Of a stretch of DNA of 39,516 nucleotides, positions 10,196-17,690 are shown piece by piece (the first letter of the stretch is position 1; each line of letters opens with the position of its first letter). Origin of the DNA: Candidatus Zixiibacteriota bacterium. GTDB taxonomy: Bacteria > Zixibacteria > MSB-5A5 > WJJR01. The DNA is taken from assembly GCA_036170655.1 (NCBI GenBank), contig JAVHPP010000104.1, positions 1 to 39,516 of the forward strand, given 5' to 3'. The translations under genes and the position numbers were made by a program. The notes beneath the pieces are model-generated. The model did no database searches, was not told the origin of the DNA, and saw nothing but the letters and a program-made list of their open reading frames with translations.

Positions 10196-11611
10196 TCAAT
10201 CGCGCTCCGTCCTCGCTGACGTCACCCGTACACTTGTTAACTGTTCTGCGATTTCCTCGAAATGTTCCGAATGGGATGCCTTTAACAGAATAACGTCTCC
10301 CGGCCGGATCAATTGTTTCAAGATGCGTGCTGCCCTGTGGCGGTCCGGGCAAAAGACGACTTCCGGACGACCCGTCTTGGAGCGAACTCCCGCCGCAAAC
10401 TCCCCCGCCAATTGGCCGACAGTCACCAGCAGATCTGTGCTTGCGGTCGCGAGTCGGCCAACGCGCCGGTGCCAGGTGACCTCACGGGGACCCAGTTCCC
10501 GCATGGCGCCCAGCACGGCGATTCTCCGTATGGCGCCGGGCCAGGTCGCGAGAGTCTGGAGCGCCGCCAACGTGGAGGCGGGGTTCGCATTGTAACAGTC
10601 TTCGATCAGCGTGACCTTTCCGATCCGGGTGATTTTTGACCGCTGCCCCACGGGCCGGACTTTCTTCAACGCCGTGGCGATGCTGGGGAAAGGCACCCGA
10701 AGATGCCGCGCAACGGCGATTGCCGCGAGTGCGTTGGGAACATTATGCAGACCCGCCAAAGAAAGCTCGACGCGGTGCCGACCGTTGACGAGAAAGCCCA
10801 GCCCGCCGTGTCCGAGAGATTTCACCCTGGACGCAACAAAATCGGCGTTCTCTTCCATGGCGTAAGTGACGGTGGGACGAGACCACCGCGACTGCCAGTG
10901 CCGTTGATAGAGGTCATCGTTATTCAAGAACGCGACAGCATCTGGCCCGGCATGGTCGAAGAGTTCGCGTTTGGCTCTGGCTATGGCAGCCAGCGATCCC
11001 ATCTGCATGAGATGGGACGGAGCAATGCGGGTGACCACCCCCCACTGCGGACGGACAATGTCGGTCAGACGGGCGATTTCTCCGGGAGTCGACATCCCGA
11101 ACTCGAGGACTCCGTACTGGTCGATATTGGCCGCGCGGAGATTGCGGGCCAGCAACGCCAGGGGGATGCCGATCAAGTTGTTGAAGTTTCCTGGCGACTT
11201 GAAAACCCGATAGCGAGCGGCAAGCGCGGCGGCAATGAGTTCTTTGGTGGTCGTCTTCCCAACTGAGCCGGTCACGGCGATATACCGGGTCGGAAACAGG
11301 GACTGGAACGAGGCCGCGAGGTCGCCGAGCGCTGTCAAGGGATCATCGACGCCCAAAACCGGCACATTCCAGCGGCGCCACTGTTTGGCCCGCGCGTGAT
11401 CGGCCACAATCAACGCGGCGCCATTCCGGCGTGCAGCCGGTGCGAAACAGTGGCCGTCGGCCCGCTCGCCCTTGAGACACAGGAACGCGTTGCCGGAACG
11501 CAGGGTTCGGCTGTTAATCGAGACCCCCCGGAACGACCCGGGGGAACTCCTGCTGTTGACCAGCTGCCCATTCGTAATCTGGCAGGCGTCTTCAATCGTC
11601 ATCTGAATCAC
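10196..11611 (-). CDS. murF: UDP-N-acetylmuramoyl-tripeptide--D-alanyl-D-alanine ligase
   Basis: SINSR, GERADGH, VTGSVGKTTTKE, NFNNLIGIP, EFGMS, DCYNANP, KAS. Start GTG 11611 or ATG 11602. Confidence 0.97.
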   Translation of the reverse strand: MIQMTIEDACQITNGQLVNSRSSPGSFRGVSINSRTLRSGNAFLCLKGERADGHCFAPAARRNGAALIVADHARAKQWRRWNVPVLGVDDPLTALGDLAASFQSLFPTRYIAVTGSVGKTTTKELIAAALAARYRVFKSPGNFNNLIGIPLALLARNLRAANIDQYGVLEFGMSTPGEIARLTDIVRPQWGVVTRIAPSHLMQMGSLAAIARAKRELFDHAGPDAVAFLNNDDLYQRHWQSRWSRPTVTYAMEENADFVASRVKSLGHGGLGFLVNGRHRVELSLAGLHNVPNALAAIAVARHLRVPFPSIATALKKVRPVGQRSKITRIGKVTLIEDCYNANPASTLAALQTLATWPGAIRRIAVLGAMRELGPREVTWHRRVGRLATASTDLLVTVGQLAGEFAAGVRSKTGRPEVVFCPDRHRAARILKQLIRPGDVILLKASHSEHFEEIAEQLTSVRVTSARTERD

Positions 11612-11642
11612 GGTCGTATCTTGGCGCGCCGAAGCGCGATTG

Positions 11643-13214
11643 TTATCGAGTTGGCGATGGGTCCCCCCCTGGACCCACCGCCGAACCGGGAGTAAACCCG
11701 CTCTGCACCGAGTGCAGAGTCCGTGGCGAGTGCCCGCTCGCCGCGAGGATCCGCGCCGCCGTTTCCTGATCGGAAAACCGATGGAAGACACCAGCGATTT
11801 CCTGCGTTAGTTCATGGCCTTTCCCGCACAGAAAGACCGCATCGCCGGGCTGCGCATCGGTCAGCGACTGTTCGATGGCACGGACTCGATCGGGGTCACA
11901 CCAAATCTGTTTCCCCGACGTAAAGCCCTGGTTGACTTCATTGATGATGTTCTTTGGATCTTCGGACCGCGGATTATCCGATGTCAGATAGATGCGATCG
12001 GCCCATCGCTGGACCGCTGCCGCCATTTCGGGGCGCTTGCCTCGGTCGCGATCGCCGCCACAGCCAAAGACGACGAGGAGACGGCCGCGCACCAGAGGGC
12101 GTGCCGACGATAGCACGGCATCGAGGGCATCGGGCGTGTGCGCGTAATCGACGAAAACGTCGAATGGCGCATCACTTTCGACGCGCTCCAGCCGTCCCGG
12201 GATTCCCGAGAATGCACTGATGCCATCCGCAATTTGTCCGCCGGTCAAACCAGCGCCCCAGGCAACAGCAGCCATAGCCGCAAGATTGGCGTGGTTGAAA
12301 GCGCCCCAAAGCGGGGTACCAAATGGCCACGTCTCACCCTCCAACAAGAGATGCCCGCGCGATCCCCGCAGGCTATGGGAAATGATCTGGAGCCCCACGT
12401 CGGCATGGTTCCGGTGTCCGGAGTAGCGAATGATGCGTGTCCCCGAGGCTGCGCGAACAAAGAACTCAGCCGAGGGATCATCCACATTGATTGCCGCAAA
12501 CGTGTCTGGTCCGGCCAGCCGTTCAAAAAACGAGGATTTGACCCGGCGGTACTCCTCGAATGTCTTGTGGAAATCGAGGTGATCGCGCGTGACGTTGGTG
12601 AACACACCGCCACGGAAGTGGATTCCATGAACGCGATCCAAGGCGATAGCATGCGAAGAGACTTCGAGCGCGACGGCCTTCACACCGTCGGCACGCATAC
12701 GATCCAACAAGCCGATCAGATCAGGCGCCTCGGGTGTCGTCCGCGGAGCGGGAACGGTGTGAGCCCCCCAGCGATAGGTGATCGTGCCGATGAGCCCGGA
12801 AGCAATCCCGCTCTTCGTGAAGATTGTCTCGATGCCGGCGGCGACGGTCGACTTGCCATTTGTTCCGATCATGGCGTAAAGATCAAGGTCCTGATCGGGG
12901 CGGGCATAGAAACGCAATGACGCGTCCGCCATTGCTTGCCGCGCGTTGGGAACGATGATGACGGGAACATTCACAGGCAGATCGCGCTCGGCGACCACCG
13001 TGACCGCGCCGTTCTGCACCGCTTGGGCTGCGTAGATCGCGCCGTCGGCAACGCTCCCGGGCAGTGCGAAGAACACATCGCCGTGGTGAATGCTGCGTGA
13101 ATCGTAAGCGATGCCAGCGATGGGAATGTCCGGCATATTGCGCGCCTGTTTGCCGAGCAATTGCGCCAGACTCCGTGCGGGTGACTGGATACTCATTGCA
13201 GTATCAACCGGCAT
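11643..13214 (-). CDS. murE: UDP-N-acetylmuramoyl-L-alanyl-D-glutamate--2,6-diaminopimelate ligase
   Basis: YDSR, GTNGKST, TTPE, EVSSH, DHLDFH, DYAHTPD, GCGGDRD and the DNPR motif (meso-DAP type). ATG 13214 follows GAGGA; alternative ATG 13196 overlaps the ftsI stop. Confidence 0.98.
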   Translation of the reverse strand: MPVDTAMSIQSPARSLAQLLGKQARNMPDIPIAGIAYDSRSIHHGDVFFALPGSVADGAIYAAQAVQNGAVTVVAERDLPVNVPVIIVPNARQAMADASLRFYARPDQDLDLYAMIGTNGKSTVAAGIETIFTKSGIASGLIGTITYRWGAHTVPAPRTTPEAPDLIGLLDRMRADGVKAVALEVSSHAIALDRVHGIHFRGGVFTNVTRDHLDFHKTFEEYRRVKSSFFERLAGPDTFAAINVDDPSAEFFVRAASGTRIIRYSGHRNHADVGLQIISHSLRGSRGHLLLEGETWPFGTPLWGAFNHANLAAMAAVAWGAGLTGGQIADGISAFSGIPGRLERVESDAPFDVFVDYAHTPDALDAVLSSARPLVRGRLLVVFGCGGDRDRGKRPEMAAAVQRWADRIYLTSDNPRSEDPKNIINEVNQGFTSGKQIWCDPDRVRAIEQSLTDAQPGDAVFLCGKGHELTQEIAGVFHRFSDQETAARILAASGHSPRTLHSVQSGFTPGSAVGPGGDPSPTR

Positions 13215-15358
13215 GTTCTGTCCTCGGTCATGGCAGAGTCGGCGGGCGGGAATTGCGCCACGATGGCGCCTGTGCCCTCGACTTCCCATCGTGCACCCAG
13301 CTGACGCAACACAACCATCGCGTCCCGCAGGCTCAACCCCTTCAGGTCGGGCCACGTTTCGACAAAGGGAGGCGCAACGATGTTCTTGCGAACGTTGGTT
13401 CCGACAAACCGGCCCCACGCATTGGCGCCGTCCGGGTTACCAGCGACACTGGCGATTTCCGCCAACGCCGGAGCGGTGTCACCAGCATCAGGCAGTTCGG
13501 CGTGGGCCTCCATGAATGACACCGCGGGCGCCACCACATCAACGAATCGACGGGCCCAGTCTTGATCAGAGTCGGACAGGGCAGCCATCGGCGAGTCTGC
13601 CATGGACGGCTGTTCGTACGGGCTGCGGCGGTCATCTGCATCATCAACTCCTGTCGCGCCACGGCGGATCGCATTCAGCAGGACGGGGGCGGCTGTATAC
13701 CCACCGTAATGGACCTGCTGGGGTTCGTCCAGAATCACCACTCCCAAAATCCGCGGCTTGAAGACGGGATAGAAGCCCACAAAGGTGGCCATGAATTTCG
13801 ACTTGTCGTATGTGTGCGTTTTGAGATTCGGCTTTTCCGCCGTACCCGTCTTGCCCGCGATCGGATACAGGGAATCGTAGATGACTTTCGCGGTTCCTTC
13901 ATGAACGACACCGGCCATGATCTTCTTCATCAGGCACGCGACTTCGGGGCGGAGGATGCGCCGTCCCTGGACAGTAATCTCCGTGAACTTACCGTCCTGC
14001 TCCTCGAAACTCTTGAGCAGATGGGGGCGGACCAGATAGCCGCCGTTGGCCACTGATGCGTACGCCGCCGCCAGTTGAACTGGCGTCACGGCCACACCGT
14101 GGCCGATGGAAAGAGTCGCAATGTTGATCTCGGTGGGTTTCTGCGTCGCGATGCGTCCGGGTGACTCACCGGGAAGATCGATGCCGGTCGCCTCACCGAA
14201 TCCGAAACGCCGCACCCAGAAGTTCAAGCGGTCTGGCCGGAGCAGATTGGCGATGCGCGCGGTAGCCACATTGGAGGAGACAATGAACGCCTCGGCCGCC
14301 GTCATGACGCCATGGTGTTTGTCGTCGTGGAGCGTTCGTCCTGAGAACTGACCCTGGCCATTGCCGCCATCGACGAGGCGACGCAGCGAGATTGTTCCAT
14401 CCGAGAGAGCGGCCGCGTAGGTCACAATCTTGAAAGTCGAACCGGGCTCCATGACATCGGACACAAGGCGGTTCTTACGGGCCTTGGACCCCAATCCGTT
14501 GGGATCATAGTCGACCATCGCCAGAATCGCGCCCGTGTTGGGATTCATCAGCAACCCCATGCCCGAATGCGCGTGCCATTTCTCGACCGCTGATTTTAGC
14601 TCTTCCGCCAGGATGGACTGCCAACTCCAGTCAAGCGTCAGTTGCAGCCGCGCACCGGGGCGGCTCGGCTTAACTGGTACTGGGTCGATCGAGAATCCCC
14701 GCCCGGAGGCATCCCGCAGAAGGGATCCTTCTCCATCGACGCCCGCGAGGAGATGATCGTAAAACAGTTCCAGGCCCGCCGCTCCACTGAGAGCATCATT
14801 GACGAAGCCGATGGGATCGGCAATCTCCGGCATGATACAAGGGTACAGGCGTTCGTATTCATTGGTGGCGTATACGCCCGGCAACTGCCAGGAGCGAACG
14901 TCGCGCGCCGCTTGATCGTTGCAGCGGCGCGCGAACACGGTGTAGCGATTGTTTCTCCCCTCCCACGTGGCAATCAAGTCGGCTGTTCGTGCGCCGACAA
15001 TGGGCGCAAAACGCGCGGCCAGCACCCGCGCAGACGTTTCGCGGTTGGGATAACCGAAGAACGACTCGCGGCCGACACTGATGGCCAGCAGGTGTCCCCG
15101 GGCATCAACGATGTGCCCACGGGGCGCCACGAGACGGACGTCACGGTCTGTCTGCTTTTCCGCGACATCCTTCAGTGGCGCACCACTGATAACCTGCAAA
15201 AAGAAGGTGCGGGCCCAAAGCGCCCCCCAGACACAGCAACCAGCAATCAGTAGGATCCGCCGACGGCGGGCGAAGGTGGCTTCCAGCTGGCGTGTTCTCT
15301 GTCCCTGAACCATGTTCCATCCGATGGTGTGCCGTAACGTCGCGTTTGGGCCCGACAC
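13193..15358 (-). CDS. ftsI: Division-specific class B penicillin-binding protein (PBP3) with C-terminal PASTA domain
   Basis: TM helix, RGHIVD, EPGSTFK (SxxK), SSN, KTG and a PASTA-like end (PDLKGLSLRDA..Q.P). Alternative start ATG 15313. Confidence 0.96.
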   Translation of the reverse strand: MSGPNATLRHTIGWNMVQGQRTRQLEATFARRRRILLIAGCCVWGALWARTFFLQVISGAPLKDVAEKQTDRDVRLVAPRGHIVDARGHLLAISVGRESFFGYPNRETSARVLAARFAPIVGARTADLIATWEGRNNRYTVFARRCNDQAARDVRSWQLPGVYATNEYERLYPCIMPEIADPIGFVNDALSGAAGLELFYDHLLAGVDGEGSLLRDASGRGFSIDPVPVKPSRPGARLQLTLDWSWQSILAEELKSAVEKWHAHSGMGLLMNPNTGAILAMVDYDPNGLGSKARKNRLVSDVMEPGSTFKIVTYAAALSDGTISLRRLVDGGNGQGQFSGRTLHDDKHHGVMTAAEAFIVSSNVATARIANLLRPDRLNFWVRRFGFGEATGIDLPGESPGRIATQKPTEINIATLSIGHGVAVTPVQLAAAYASVANGGYLVRPHLLKSFEEQDGKFTEITVQGRRILRPEVACLMKKIMAGVVHEGTAKVIYDSLYPIAGKTGTAEKPNLKTHTYDKSKFMATFVGFYPVFKPRILGVVILDEPQQVHYGGYTAAPVLLNAIRRGATGVDDADDRRSPYEQPSMADSPMAALSDSDQDWARRFVDVVAPAVSFMEAHAELPDAGDTAPALAEIASVAGNPDGANAWGRFVGTNVRKNIVAPPFVETWPDLKGLSLRDAMVVLRQLGARWEVEGTGAIVAQFPPADSAMTEDRTCRLILQ

Positions 15359-15367
15359 CTGAACAAT

Positions 15368-15769
15368 CTAAAAATCATTCCCGTCTTGAATTCCCGTTTT
15401 CGCCTGCGTGTATCGCGCTGCATCCCGGCGTGCATCCGGCTGGGCGGCGGACTGACCGGACATCGGCACGCCTGGCGATACAAACGATCGCGGCAGACGC
15501 ACACGCTGCGCCTCCCTTGTCGGCGCCATGCCCAAGTCGTTGATCGCGATCGCCTCGATGCGCGCACGAGACGAGAGAGATGCGTTGTCCGCCAACAGCG
15601 CGTCACGCGCCTTAATCAGTTCGTCCAAATGCGTTTGCAACTGCTCAATGCGATGGCCAACCCGCACAACCTCGTAGCGCTGCGACACCCAAACTGTCGC
15701 CACGATAACCGCCGCGATCCACCAGACCGGCCCGAAGATCGACAATGTTGCCCGCAAACGGTCGTTCAT
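15368..15769 (-). CDS. ftsL: Cell division protein FtsL
   Basis: Between rsmH and ftsI; TM helix, coiled coil and LSS..RIEAIA...LGM motif. Confidence 0.88.
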   Translation of the reverse strand: MNDRLRATLSIFGPVWWIAAVIVATVWVSQRYEVVRVGHRIEQLQTHLDELIKARDALLADNASLSSRARIEAIAINDLGMAPTREAQRVRLPRSFVSPGVPMSGQSAAQPDARRDAARYTQAKTGIQDGNDF

Positions 15770-16710
15770 GAGAGCGATCCCTCCGGCGGAAGGCTGTGTT
15801 TCTCGAAGACACGCAGCCGCGCCGCAGCCGCACGCGGATTCGCCTGTATTTCATCAGCAGAGGGCCGCAGCACGTGGCGGTACACCTGACGGCCGCGGGG
15901 ATGGGCACCGCAGATGCAACGCCCGTACACCTTCGGGCAACGGCAGGTCCGTGCGGCCTCGCGGAACATCGTTTTCACGATCCGATCTTCAAGAGAGTGA
16001 TAGGAGATCACAACCAGGCGGGCCCCATCGCACAGAGTATCGAGACAGGCCTGCAGCCCCCGGGGGATTGCGTCAAGTTCTGCATTGCCGTGAATCCGCA
16101 GCGCTTGGAATACTCTGGCCGCCGTCCGCCCCCAAGCGGCCCCGCGCTTGCCAATAATCCCGCTGATGATTGATGCCAACTGCGACGCCGTTTGAATGGG
16201 CTCGGATTCACGGCGCGTGACAATGCGGTGGGCGATGCGCCGGGACTGCCGCTCCTCCCCATACTGGTAGATGACAGCGGCGATCTCTTCCTCGCCGGCA
16301 GTATTCAGCCAGACCGTCGTCGCTTCGCCGGTCGTCGGATCGAAACGCAAATCGAGCGGCCCGCCGAGACGGTAGGAGAACCCGCGTTGCGGATCGTCGA
16401 GTTGATGGGAGGACAAGCCCAGATCGAGCAACGCACCGTTGATCTCGGCGATGCCCAAGCGATCGAACGTTTCGGCAAGATTGCGATAGTCGGCATGCAA
16501 CACCACGATACGTTCACCGAACCGGCCAAGCCGCCGGGCAGACCGCGCAACGGCCTCCGGATCACGATCGAGACCAACGAGACGTCCCTTGTTACTCAAG
16601 CGCTGCATGATCGTTTCCGCGTGGCCACCGCCGCCGATCGTCGCATCAAGGTAGATGCCATCGGGATCGGTGATCAGCTCGCGCAATACTTCGGCCACCA
16701 TGACGGGCAC
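15766..16710 (-). CDS. rsmH: 16S rRNA m4C1402 methyltransferase (true start uncertain)
   Basis: DATIGGGGHA, DRD, DLGLSSHQLD..RGFS, FQALRI, ISYHSLEDR, NPRA. The conserved His of HVPV lies upstream of the first canonical in-frame start codon. Confidence 0.96.
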   Translation of the reverse strand: MPVMVAEVLRELITDPDGIYLDATIGGGGHAETIMQRLSNKGRLVGLDRDPEAVARSARRLGRFGERIVVLHADYRNLAETFDRLGIAEINGALLDLGLSSHQLDDPQRGFSYRLGGPLDLRFDPTTGEATTVWLNTAGEEEIAAVIYQYGEERQSRRIAHRIVTRRESEPIQTASQLASIISGIIGKRGAAWGRTAARVFQALRIHGNAELDAIPRGLQACLDTLCDGARLVVISYHSLEDRIVKTMFREAARTCRCPKVYGRCICGAHPRGRQVYRHVLRPSADEIQANPRAAAARLRVFEKHSLPPEGSLS

Positions 16711-16751
16711 ATGACCACCCGTGCCCGGAAACCGGCCCGACGACTCATCGC

Positions 16752-17189
16752 CTACAGGAGCAATTGCGCCGCTACCTCCTCGTAAGTCTTACCATACCCG
16801 TTCTCGTAGGCATCGAACTCGTCGATACCCCAGATCTCGATGCGACGAATCATCCCCAGGATGCGAATGTCCCGCTTCAGACCGACTTTGGCAGCCAACT
16901 CCTGCGGAATGAGAATCCGATTCTGATTGTCAAGCGTGACTTCAACCGTATTGGCCATGAGGACACGCAAGACGAAGTTGGCGTCTGGATGGGCGAAGTT
17001 GAAACTCGCGAACTTGGCTTCCACGTGCCGCCATTCATCTTGGGGAAACAGGAAGAGACATCCGCCCAACCCCAAGGTCAGATAACACGTACCAAGAGTT
17101 GTGTCAGAGGACTGACGCAACTTGCTGGGGATCTGAAGCCGATTCTTCGAATCGAGAGTGCCTGTGAAGCTTCCGCGAAACCCCGCCAT
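16752..17189 (-). CDS. mraZ: Division/cell wall cluster transcriptional repressor MraZ
   Basis: Two DxxxR repeats (LDSKNRL, LDNQNRILIP), IEIW, and first position in the dcw cluster. Confidence 0.97.
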   Translation of the reverse strand: MAGFRGSFTGTLDSKNRLQIPSKLRQSSDTTLGTCYLTLGLGGCLFLFPQDEWRHVEAKFASFNFAHPDANFVLRVLMANTVEVTLDNQNRILIPQELAAKVGLKRDIRILGMIRRIEIWGIDEFDAYENGYGKTYEEVAAQLLL

Positions 17190-17342
17190 GACCTTCGAGA
17201 GACCCTAAGCTATTAATCCATTAACAACTTGGTGCGACGCTGATAATGCCCGACTTGAGCGAAAAGTGCCTGACGCTGACCCTCCAGAAGGAGACTTATT
17301 CTATTGCAAACAAATCACTTAACTCGTAAAGAGGCGATTATC

Positions 17343-17376
17343 CCACTTCACTCCACCTCTCGCCACTCAATACCAC
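17343..17376 (-). promoter_or_regulatory. MraZ binding box: four GTGG direct repeats with a 10-nt period
   Basis: CCAC at 17343, 17353, 17363 and 17373 on the + strand reads GTGG-N6-GTGG-N6-GTGG-N6-GTGG on the - strand, matching the established MraZ operator layout upstream of mraZ. Confidence 0.85.
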
Positions 17377-17404
17377 ATTAACGCCTCATCGCTGTGCCCG
17401 TCAA
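17375..17404 (-). promoter_or_regulatory. Putative sigma70 promoter of the dcw operon
   Basis: TTGACG (17404-17399), 18-nt spacer, TAATGT (17380-17375), overlapping the first MraZ repeat. Confidence 0.55.
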
Positions 17405-17690
17405 GAAGTTTCTGCGTTTTTCGCAAACTTTTTTCGTCTCAAGTCTTTGTTGAAGTCATTGCTGCTATTTAGCTTCTGCACAATGGAGTAACCTCACTTG
17501 GTGCCCTCAAGGTCTTCGATGAGTCTCGTCGTAAGTTCTCGAACTTCTGTAATGCTCTGGGAATCAACTGCATACGAAGCGCCGATTTGATATCACCTCG
17601 ACGCTGAGCAATGGCAGGCCATTTGCGTGATCTGTCCGTGTTGGGCAGATTTCGTTCGGGGGATTCCATGTGGTATACAGGGGAATAGTT

